IMG/VR virus record: IMGVR_UViG_3300012665_000628
Coordinates: 1 to 27,972 of that record
DNA from: a virus
Lineage: Duplodnaviria; Caudoviricetes
Direction: 5' to 3' (one strand)
Length of the DNA: 27,972 bases
In this document: positions 9,903-17,221 of the stretch, in pieces
How positions within the stretch are numbered: the stretch's first letter is position 1
Layout of the letters: each line of letters opens with the position of its first letter
Made by a program: the position numbers and the translations under genes
Notes under the pieces: generated by a model
Told to the model about the DNA's origin: nothing
Databases searched by the model: none
The model's input: only the letters and a program-made list of their open reading frames with translations

Positions 9903-10986
9903 TTTTGGTACCTATCATGCCAAGATACGACTGAGGTACGATGGGATTGGTATTAAACCCTGTCTTTAAGGCAAAGTTAAATTTGAATCTTTTAGTAATT
10001 GCTATATCAAATGATGCACCTGTTAGAAAGCCAATATCATTGCTTGTAACAAATGTTTTTTGTTTAGTTAAATATCCTGTTGAACTTCCAGATACGTATA
10101 TATCAGGACTAATTGATACGTATTTATTTATCTTAATAGGTACGGTGTAAAATAGTAATATATTATTAGACAGATTTAACTCATCTGTAGCACCTGCAAC
10201 CGAAAATGTATAGTTGGCTCCTGTGGTACCATACTTGCCCATGGGAAGGATATAAGCAGCCGTTGCGAAGCCTAACACATTTCCTCCTAAATAAACACCT
10301 GTAACGCCAAAGTTTGAGATAGACTCTAACTTGCCTTCGTTAAAATTCATTAGGGTATACCGACCACCTATTGCAAATTGGTCAAAGGTTGACCATATCA
10401 TAGAATTAATACCCCATGATGAGTTACCCATCATAGATGCTTGGCTCATGCCAACACTAGCAATAATAGATACTACTTCGCTAGATGGAGCGACCGTAAA
10501 ATCCGAAGAATAAATAATTGGATTTTGCGAAGCAGACTTGGCTTTACTCTCGCTTTTCTTGCTTGACTTTTCTTCACTTTTACTTTCTGTTTTAGTTTCT
10601 GATTTTGTTTCTGCTGCTGGTGTAGCCGCACTTGTTGCTGCTGATGTAGCTGCGCTTGTTGCTGTAGCAGTCGCTGCACTTGTTGCTGCAGCTACCGCTT
10701 GTTGTACTGCGTTAGTAACTGTTTGCTGAACCGCAAGTGTTGCTTGTGGGCAAGGATAATTAATTGTTAACTCATTTATCCAAGCTTGTAGGGCTCCACT
10801 TGTAATATCGCTTGCCGTCACTACCTTGTACTGTCCTCGGTAGACCACGGTAGTCTTTCCACCCATCAGTGGGACCACTACAGTTGTTACGTTCCCACTG
10901 CACGGATCCACAAACACCTGTGTAAGTGCTTGAGCTGAGGTAACTGTGGGTAATATAAGTATGAGTATAACTATTAACCATCTCAT
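9892..10986 (-). CDS. Exported protein with low-complexity stalk and probable C-terminal outer-membrane beta-barrel
   Basis: Signal peptide (..TVTSA/Q), small domain with 2 Cys, A/T-rich then E/S/K-rich linker, ~200 aa of amphipathic strands rich in G and aromatics ending YLGMIGTKINL. Confidence 0.65.
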   Translation of the reverse strand: MRWLIVILILILPTVTSAQALTQVFVDPCSGNVTTVVVPLMGGKTTVVYRGQYKVVTASDITSGALQAWINELTINYPCPQATLAVQQTVTNAVQQAVAAATSAATATATSAATSAATSAATPAAETKSETKTESKSEEKSSKKSESKAKSASQNPIIYSSDFTVAPSSEVVSIIASVGMSQASMMGNSSWGINSMIWSTFDQFAIGGRYTLMNFNEGKLESISNFGVTGVYLGGNVLGFATAAYILPMGKYGTTGANYTFSVAGATDELNLSNNILLFYTVPIKINKYVSISPDIYVSGSSTGYLTKQKTFVTSNDIGFLTGASFDIAITKRFKFNFALKTGFNTNPIVPQSYLGMIGTKINL

Positions 10987-11690
10987 TTAAAGATTTTCTT
11001 TTTAATCATCCGCACAATAATTTTACTAGCGGCATTCTCCAACGCTTTTTTAGTAGTTGTACCTATAGTGGATTGATTAAATTTAATTTCTGCAAAGTTT
11101 CCGTCATTCATTAATGTTGCTTCACGAGTTGTCTTAGCTTCGCCTAAGCCCGAGCCTGTAAAGTATTCTCCTGTCTCTGCGTTAACAAACTTAACTTGAA
11201 GACCAAGTCTTGTAACTACAGTTTGCTTGGTGCCATCTCTTAAACTAATCGACTCATCTTCACTAACCGAGAAGTCATAGCACTCAATGTAAACAAAGTA
11301 CTGAGCAAGTTTAATCTTGCCTCTACCGTCTAATTTGTTCTCAGATATACCAGCCTGCGATGCTTGGAACTGGCGAACCATTCTCTGTTTAATCTCGCCC
11401 TTATCCTCGGTAAATGTGAAGCGATTGGTCTCTTCCAAGAACTCAACCACAATGTTAGTTACACCTAATCCAACACGCTTATCTTTTAGTTCTGGATAAG
11501 AAGCATACACTTCTTCGTTAATGCCAATTGATAATAGCTGGATAGGTATCTTAGGCCCATCATATTCCATCAATGAGTCAATATTAATCTTCTTTTCAAA
11601 AGATGCTGTGTATGACTCAGTTTTGGTCGTAGCAATCTGCCCAAAGGATGCAAACGACAAGAGCAATAAGCATATACTCCATCTTACCAT
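10983..11690 (-). CDS. CsgG-like (curli assembly/transport fold) exported protein
   Basis: Signal peptide (..FASFG/Q); GLGVTNIVVEFLEETNRFTFTE, IKLAQYFV, YDFS, VTRLGLQVKFVNAETGEYFTGSG follow the CsgG/HfaB pattern. Confidence 0.75.
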   Translation of the reverse strand: MVRWSICLLLLSFASFGQIATTKTESYTASFEKKINIDSLMEYDGPKIPIQLLSIGINEEVYASYPELKDKRVGLGVTNIVVEFLEETNRFTFTEDKGEIKQRMVRQFQASQAGISENKLDGRGKIKLAQYFVYIECYDFSVSEDESISLRDGTKQTVVTRLGLQVKFVNAETGEYFTGSGLGEAKTTREATLMNDGNFAEIKFNQSTIGTTTKKALENAASKIIVRMIKKKIFK

Positions 11691-11983
11691 TGTGGTGCTT
11701 TCTCTAATTCTTCTTTCTCTGTAGCAGGTTTTGCTTTTGCTGGCTTCTCTACAACACGCTCAACAATCTTTGTTCCGCCTGTGTTAGCCACTTGCTTTTG
11801 CTGCTGAGTGTTGTTAGTAGTAATATTAATTACTGGAGCAGGTGCAGATACTGGTGCTGCCACCTCTGTCTCTGAATCACCTGTTAATTGCTTTGTTACA
11901 TAGCCACCTATTCCTAGTGCTATTGTGCTTGCTAATCCAATAAGGATGCTTTTTAATGATCCTCCTTCTTTTTCTTCTGACAT
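11684..11983 (-). CDS. Single-pass membrane protein with disordered tail
   Basis: Hydrophobic ILIGLASTIALGIGGYV then P/A/Q/K/E-rich tail; overlaps the next gene by 7 nt. Confidence 0.7.
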   Translation of the reverse strand: MSEEKEGGSLKSILIGLASTIALGIGGYVTKQLTGDSETEVAAPVSAPAPVINITTNNTQQQKQVANTGGTKIVERVVEKPAKAKPATEKEELEKAPQW

Positions 11984-11984
11984 G

Positions 11985-12347
11985 TTATAAATAGTTATTG
12001 TGGTTAATTGGTCTTTTAATTTCTTCTCCTGATATATTAATTACTTTCAAGTCATACATGCCACGCTTTAGTGTGTCCATGTCAATCTTCTTGTAACTAA
12101 TAGGCGAGTCAGCTGTAAAGCCTAGTTTTTTTACTGGTTCTTTGCCTCCAAAAGTATATACTTCTAGTAAATACTTCGCTCCTGGTGTTGTAGCAATACT
12201 AACCTCCAATACTTTATCTTTTACAATAGCTGAGTTAACAACCATTACTTTAGACTCAGCACCTAAATTAATAGGCTGCTCAAGCACATTAATTTCTTCA
12301 CACGAAATTACAAGCAACAAAAATAAGAATATTATTAATCTCTTCAT
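11985..12347 (-). CDS. Lipoprotein with T9SS C-terminal-domain-like Ig fold
   Basis: Lipobox LVISC followed by EE; YLLEVYTFGGKEPVK..IDMDTLKRGMYDLKVI..KRPI resembles the Por secretion tail (LxxGxYxLKV..K). Confidence 0.6.
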   Translation of the reverse strand: MKRLIIFLFLLLVISCEEINVLEQPINLGAESKVMVVNSAIVKDKVLEVSIATTPGAKYLLEVYTFGGKEPVKKLGFTADSPISYKKIDMDTLKRGMYDLKVINISGEEIKRPINHNNYL

Positions 12348-12348
12348 C

Positions 12349-14112
12349 TTAAAATAGGTTATATCCGGTTAACTTAATCGAATCAGTTGACAAATTAATA
12401 CCTAATTGGTAGCCAGTCTTAGAACTTGCGTCCATGTTAGGTGTTACTTTTATGTACGTATTAATATCTAATGGGTTGACCAAAGAACTAAAGCGTAACT
12501 TGAACGGAGTTAACTCTCCTGTAATAGGCGTCTTTAATTCTTTATCTAATGACCCAAATTTAACCTTGCCTTCTTTATTATCTACAAAGGTATACCAAGT
12601 ATTGGGAACATCATTTATGATTTGCTCAAACTTCACCTTAGTTGGATCGTAAGTAAACTCAAACTGCAACGCTGACACCTGCTTACTATTAGTGTTAATT
12701 TTAATAGGAATCTCAATTGTATTAGATGTAATGGTCACATTCTTTAAACTCACATCAATCCCCTCTTGTGTATTAATTAATAGATTTGCTGTTTTAGATT
12801 TAGCAAGGTTCTTTTTTAAACTAGGAATAGCGTTGGTTGCGATTGACCCACCTATAATGACCTGAGAGCTGTGGCTACGGTTAATATCGCCTGGTATTAC
12901 ATAGCGTAATTTTAATGGCAGGTTCTGGCCAATAAGTCCCGTCTTAAAACGGACATAGTTCTTAGGTAAGACCTTCCAAGAAGAAGCGGAGGCTTCGTTA
13001 AACTCGGCCTCAGTGAACGTTGGTGCGCTCATGTACATATCTGTTCCGGCAGCATAATTATTGGGCAGCACAATCAAATTCTCGACACCTGACACTTGGG
13101 CAAATAATTTAACTAAATCACCTCCGTCAAACTTCTTATTAAAGTTCACATCTGATGCATAGTATCCCATACCTGTGATGATATTCTGATTGCGGAAGGT
13201 GCCATCTAAGTTTTGTGTTGCAAACTCAGCCTGTGCCGTTGTGTAGTCCGATACAGTTACCGCTGCTGCAGACAAGTCTTCTACTGAGTCCATATTAAAC
13301 AGCGTTCTAACATGATAGACTGTATTGGGATTAAACCTAGTTTGATCCACCGGTATAGTTCCATCAGATAAGGCATCTACCAAATAAGTTTGGTTAGTAA
13401 CTGAGTCAGTGAACGCTATTCTATGTAAAGAGAAGTTGTCAACATTTGCATTGGCATCAATAGACGCTGTCACATACTTGCTTGCTGTTGGATCAAGCAT
13501 AATTACATTATTAAGCGGAGTAGTCATTAATGTTGATCCGCTTGTACCATTTTGGTTGTATGCTGCAGCAAAGTTCATTACAATAGGATCCCAAGCGAAG
13601 CCTGGTGCTGTGGTCTTTAATTTAAAGTGAAGTATAATTAATCTGTCCTTGCCTAAGCCACCCTGAGTAACAGCCCAGTTTAAATAGACACGAAGGATAG
13701 ACTTAGGTCCACCTTGTGCATAATTATAGTTAGCATTCTGGTATCTAATGTTACCATCTGCTACACTATTAGATTGTGTTGGAAACCAAGAGTATCCTGG
13801 GTAGTCTTGATGGGTCATACTAATCTGTGACCCAGAAGGCATAATTCCACCATTACCCATAGTGCCAGTGTGGTCCACTCCTAATAACTGGAAGGCTGTG
13901 TTGGTGTACTCAAAGTCAAAGTACAACGAGCGAACAGATGTATTATTATTACCATCAGCATACACCACAACATCAAAGTTCTCTCCCTTATTTAGAACCG
14001 TTCCAGATAAGTTTGTGTTTGTTGGAGTGGTTGGGAAGTAAAGTTTTACCGTTTGAGCATAAGTGTTTGTTACAAATACACATAAAAAGGTAACAAGAAA
14101 TAGTTTTTTCAT
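12349..14112 (-). CDS. Exported cohesin/dockerin-like domain protein
   Basis: Signal peptide (..TNTYA/Q); N-terminal cohesin-like (GENFDVVV..SLYFDFEYTNTAFQL), dockerin/EF-hand-like DVNFNKKFDGGD and PGDINRS, C-terminal cohesin-like (IEIPIKI..VSALQFEFTYDPTKVKF..GKVKFG..KLRF). Confidence 0.7.
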   Translation of the reverse strand: MKKLFLVTFLCVFVTNTYAQTVKLYFPTTPTNTNLSGTVLNKGENFDVVVYADGNNNTSVRSLYFDFEYTNTAFQLLGVDHTGTMGNGGIMPSGSQISMTHQDYPGYSWFPTQSNSVADGNIRYQNANYNYAQGGPKSILRVYLNWAVTQGGLGKDRLIILHFKLKTTAPGFAWDPIVMNFAAAYNQNGTSGSTLMTTPLNNVIMLDPTASKYVTASIDANANVDNFSLHRIAFTDSVTNQTYLVDALSDGTIPVDQTRFNPNTVYHVRTLFNMDSVEDLSAAAVTVSDYTTAQAEFATQNLDGTFRNQNIITGMGYYASDVNFNKKFDGGDLVKLFAQVSGVENLIVLPNNYAAGTDMYMSAPTFTEAEFNEASASSWKVLPKNYVRFKTGLIGQNLPLKLRYVIPGDINRSHSSQVIIGGSIATNAIPSLKKNLAKSKTANLLINTQEGIDVSLKNVTITSNTIEIPIKINTNSKQVSALQFEFTYDPTKVKFEQIINDVPNTWYTFVDNKEGKVKFGSLDKELKTPITGELTPFKLRFSSLVNPLDINTYIKVTPNMDASSKTGYQLGINLSTDSIKLTGYNLF

Positions 14113-14612
14113 TATAGAAGTTTGTTAATCAAAGTGTTACAAGTTTTTTTCAAAGCTGTACTTAAGTTCGTTTGATTAAATTTACCTCCAGTGTCAACCA
14201 GCAAAGTTGACATTGATACCTCATCTGCAGATTCTTCTGCGATTACTTTTCTTAATACCTTGCCGTTCTTAATGATTTCACCCTTCATTCTGATCACCAC
14301 CGACTCTTTGTCACTATGGAACACAGATAGATTAGATTGAGTCTTTAAAACATCAAAGTATATAATTTGCACTTTTAATTGCATATCAGAATTGTGCGTT
14401 AAGTCTAATCCTCTTTCTGATACCAATTCTTCTAATATATTCTGTACACCAAACTCTAACTCTCTATTGCCAGCCATCTTACCCACAACCACTTTGTTCT
14501 CTACAGGCAAAACAGTTATCTCATTGTTAATCAAGTTATCTATAACAAAGTATGTGGGTGTCACAAATGACACACATAAAAAAAATACTACAATAAGGTT
14601 GAATAGTCTCAT
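14112..14612 (-). CDS. Second, shorter CsgG-like exported protein
   Basis: Start moved to ATG 14612 (MRLFNLIVVFFLC), which exposes a hydrophobic signal; aligns by eye with 10983-11690 (FGVQNILEEL vs LGVTNIVVEF; KFNQTNLSTALKK vs KFNQSTIGTTTKK). Confidence 0.65.
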   Translation of the reverse strand: MRLFNLIVVFFLCVSFVTPTYFVIDNLINNEITVLPVENKVVVGKMAGNRELEFGVQNILEELVSERGLDLTHNSDMQLKVQIIYFDVLKTQSNLSVFHSDKESVVIRMKGEIIKNGKVLRKVIAEESADEVSMSTLLVDTGGKFNQTNLSTALKKTCNTLINKLL

Positions 14613-14628
14613 ATCAAAAAAAGGCAAG

Positions 14629-14754
14629 TTATCCTTGCCCTCTACTTCTTTTTGTTCTCTTGTCTTTTGGTCCTGATGTCTTGGAGTGTTTACCCTTACG
14701 ACGGACACCGAAGGTAATTTTCTTTGCTTCGGATGATGCTTTTGCTTTTGCCAT
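14629..14754 (-). CDS. Small basic phage protein (41 aa, RGQG C-terminus)
   Basis: Below the track cutoff; MAKAKASSEAKKITFGVRRKGKHSKTSGPKDKRTKRSRGQG; TAATG overlap with the endolysin stop. Confidence 0.75.
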   Translation of the reverse strand: MAKAKASSEAKKITFGVRRKGKHSKTSGPKDKRTKRSRGQG

Positions 14755-15605
14755 TAGGTTAGTAGGTTATAGTATTCTTTAAAATGCTTCTGTCTATCTG
14801 CTAGGCCAATTGTCCCGCCATTTACTCTTTTAGTTACCAAAGTTACAACATCTGGCGAACTACCTTTGTCGCATATGGACCACAGATTATTCTTCTTAAA
14901 AAAGAACGCTGCCGAAGCTAGTGCATACTTTGTAGCTACAAGATCCGGGTTGGCTGTAATATCATCTGCTACAGTTGCATCAAATGCTTTATAGTTTTCT
15001 TTACCAGTCAATTGGATGTAGCCTCGTCCACGATACTTCCATCCTTCACCACTAGCCTCATTGCCATTACCCATTCTATTTGCATAGACTAAATTAGCAA
15101 TCTTCTCAGGCTTACGCTCGTAAGCAGTTGCTTGAGCGATAGTCTTAAAGTATTTACTAAATATACCTAGTAAGCCTTTGGCTCCGTAGTTTAAGTTTTC
15201 TTGTACTGCTTTAAAACCTCCTGACTCATGACCGCACTGTGAAAGAAAGTGTGCAAGTCTTAAAGTATTTGTGATTCCAAAAGTTACTGCCGCATCAGAA
15301 ACCTGGTCAATAACATTTTGAGGGATATGCCCTTTTAATTTATCAAGTTTGAGTGCCGTGCTAACAATCATACTTGGAGCAGGTTGATTGATAATTATCG
15401 GTGCAGTATTCTGCGCTACAGGTTGTTTAAACATCTTTGCCCACGTAGCATCTCCAACAATACCGTCAGGTGTCAAGCCATGAGCTGATTGCCATCCTTT
15501 AACAGCAGCCTCAGTCTTTGGACCAAACTTACCAATAGCATCTACCCCAAGTAATTCTTGGAGTTTTGTTACCTCTTCGCCTGTTGACCCTAATTTTAAT
15601 ATCAT
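14754..15605 (-). CDS. Endolysin: peptidoglycan-binding domain + GH19 chitinase/lysozyme-like domain
   Basis: LKLGSTGEEV..LQ..GKFGPKTEAAVK..DGIVG; RLAHFLSQCGHESGGF, ENLNY, YRGRGYIQLTGKENY, VTKRVNGGTIGLADR. Confidence 0.93.
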   Translation of the reverse strand: MILKLGSTGEEVTKLQELLGVDAIGKFGPKTEAAVKGWQSAHGLTPDGIVGDATWAKMFKQPVAQNTAPIIINQPAPSMIVSTALKLDKLKGHIPQNVIDQVSDAAVTFGITNTLRLAHFLSQCGHESGGFKAVQENLNYGAKGLLGIFSKYFKTIAQATAYERKPEKIANLVYANRMGNGNEASGEGWKYRGRGYIQLTGKENYKAFDATVADDITANPDLVATKYALASAAFFFKKNNLWSICDKGSSPDVVTLVTKRVNGGTIGLADRQKHFKEYYNLLT

Positions 15606-16216
15606 TTCAATTTATAATAGTAATGCACACCGTAGATTACTGTTCCGTCAATATTTGCTCCTGCTGTGATATTATAGATATCATCCTTCTTTGTCTTGTA
15701 GATCAAGCCTGCCTGAGCACCTCTTATGCCAATGGTATTGTTAACCATGACACCAGCTCCAACATATATTTGACGGACTGGTGGTGCATATTTAGTAATA
15801 GTCTTAGTCTCTTTAACAATTGGAATGTTGAAATTATCACGCGTGCGTCTATATGCTATTTTATTTTCTTTAACTGAGTCTAGTACAGCAATGTACCCGT
15901 AAGAACCAACGCTAATTGTATCATTGTAAACAGATTTGTTTATATACAACTGCAACAATGCCATGTACTGCTCTTTCAAGCGTGCATAGTTTGTATCAGG
16001 TAGCATTTGCGGTTTAGACGCAATCTCTACAATAACCTCTTTGTATACAGGTACTTTCTTGATACGAATAGAATCGTGAATTTGCCAAGCTGTATCGTGA
16101 ACGGTTATAGTATCATTTGGTCTTGTCTCAGCATTTTTGCTTCTTTCTCTCATAAAGAGAACTAGAAGCACTATGCTAAAAACAAACAGGAGAATACTAG
16201 CCTTCAGACTCTTCAT
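15602..16216 (-). CDS. Lysis-associated membrane protein, spanin candidate
   Basis: N-terminal TM (ILLFVFSIVLLVLF), DTITVHDT segment, C-terminal amphipathic strands ending YGVHYYYKLK; between holin-like gene and endolysin. Start taken at ATG 16216. Confidence 0.55.
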   Translation of the reverse strand: MKSLKASILLFVFSIVLLVLFMRERSKNAETRPNDTITVHDTAWQIHDSIRIKKVPVYKEVIVEIASKPQMLPDTNYARLKEQYMALLQLYINKSVYNDTISVGSYGYIAVLDSVKENKIAYRRTRDNFNIPIVKETKTITKYAPPVRQIYVGAGVMVNNTIGIRGAQAGLIYKTKKDDIYNITAGANIDGTVIYGVHYYYKLK

Positions 16217-16484
16217 ATGGTTCAGTTTGGCCACCTAAGGCTTTTTGTCTTTCTGTTTCGTTTTGGCGATTCTTTACTTTCTCGAATGCTGCGATACCAA
16301 AACAACCTGCTGTTAGACCAGCGAATACTTCAAGGATAATAGGCTCAATCACAAATTGCTGACCCATATATCCAGTAACAATATCTACAAATCCGTAGAT
16401 AGCTAAAATACCAAATGATAAGAAACCTAATACCGACTTCTCGTTTAAGTCATTCTCGTCTTTAAATAGATCCATTAAAGCCAT
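16197..16484 (-). CDS. Holin-like two-TM protein
   Basis: Two hydrophobic segments and a charged C-terminal tail, in the lysis cassette. Confidence 0.6.
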   Translation of the reverse strand: MALMDLFKDENDLNEKSVLGFLSFGILAIYGFVDIVTGYMGQQFVIEPIILEVFAGLTAGCFGIAAFEKVKNRQNETERQKALGGQTEPYEESEG

Positions 16485-16639
16485 TTCTCTTTTTCTTTTA
16501 TAAGTTTATATAGCTTAAAGCCTGTATAGATTATTGACACAGCCAATAATGCCACACGAAGCGTAGCTTCAATAGTGGTAAACGATAACATAAGTGTTAC
16601 CGTATTTAGTAATCCTATTTTCAAATCGTCTTCTGTCAT
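16475..16639 (-). CDS. Small holin-like membrane protein (54 aa)
   Basis: Below the track cutoff; MTEDDLKIGLLNTVTLMLSFTTIEATLRVALLAVSIIYTGFKLYKLIKEKEKWL; TAATG overlap upstream, fills the gap. Confidence 0.7.
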   Translation of the reverse strand: MTEDDLKIGLLNTVTLMLSFTTIEATLRVALLAVSIIYTGFKLYKLIKEKEKWL

Positions 16640-16902
16640 TACCAGAGAGCAACAATATTAGTAGCTGCTGTTCCTGTAGCAAATACACGTACAACACGAA
16701 CTTGAAGAGTTGTTCCTGCTGGAACAGATGCAAATACTACTTCGTCTCCACCGATAGTTAAAACTTTCACGTTACCTGCTCCACCAATGTAAAGGATACA
16801 TCCCTCATCATTTGTGCCTCCTGATACGCTAGGAATATTAACTGTGTTTGATGGTGTGACAGCTGCCGCACGGCCAGACTGCACATAATTAAAAACTCCC
16901 AT
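16639..16902 (-). CDS. Head spike base-like virion protein (RcGTA Rcc01079-like)
   Basis: AAAVTPS..LYIGGAGNVKV..VFASVPAG..VRVVRVFATGT.AT.IVALW signature. Confidence 0.7.
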   Translation of the reverse strand: MGVFNYVQSGRAAAVTPSNTVNIPSVSGGTNDEGCILYIGGAGNVKVLTIGGDEVVFASVPAGTTLQVRVVRVFATGTAATNIVALW

Positions 16903-16922
16903 TTCTTATCTTGTTTAAGTCA

Positions 16923-16930
16923 CAAAGTTA
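16923..16930 (-). promoter_or_regulatory. Bacteroidota-type -7 box
   Basis: TAACTTTG on the minus strand within a 29-nt intergenic gap, 20 nt before the ATG; heads the lysis and envelope-module gene run. Confidence 0.6.
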
Positions 16931-16931
16931 G

Positions 16932-17207
16932 TTATTTTTTTTTACCACCTCGGGCACGAATATCGCCAGGACTGTTTGACTTTGATCCGCGATTTTTACT
17001 AGCAGACTCTTCAACAACACGGCCATTCTTTTTATGGCTCATATCTTTCCCGTCCTTATCAGCATACTGACCACGGTCACGATTAATCTTATTTAGCTCA
17101 ATACGCTTTTTTAGTTGCTCAGGCTTCTTGTTATAGTCAGCTTGATACTCTAATCGCTTTTTACGAGCCTCAGGATTTGCTGCGTAATATTTTGCAGTTG
17201 CCTTCAT
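16932..17207 (-). CDS. Small basic HNH-like protein
   Basis: DGKDMSHKK..EESASKNRG resembles a reduced HNH motif. Confidence 0.55.
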   Translation of the reverse strand: MKATAKYYAANPEARKKRLEYQADYNKKPEQLKKRIELNKINRDRGQYADKDGKDMSHKKNGRVVEESASKNRGSKSNSPGDIRARGGKKK

Positions 17208-17221
17208 TATTACGAATACAA

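Noticed and set aside
9892-14612. Canonical curli (csgBAC/csgDEFG) operon
   Set aside because: No curlin repeats and no recognisable CsgE or CsgF; only the CsgG-like fold is shared.
14613-14708. N-terminal extension of the 198-aa ORF
   Set aside because: Overlaps a better 41-aa gene in another frame; the ATG at 14612 exposes the signal peptide.
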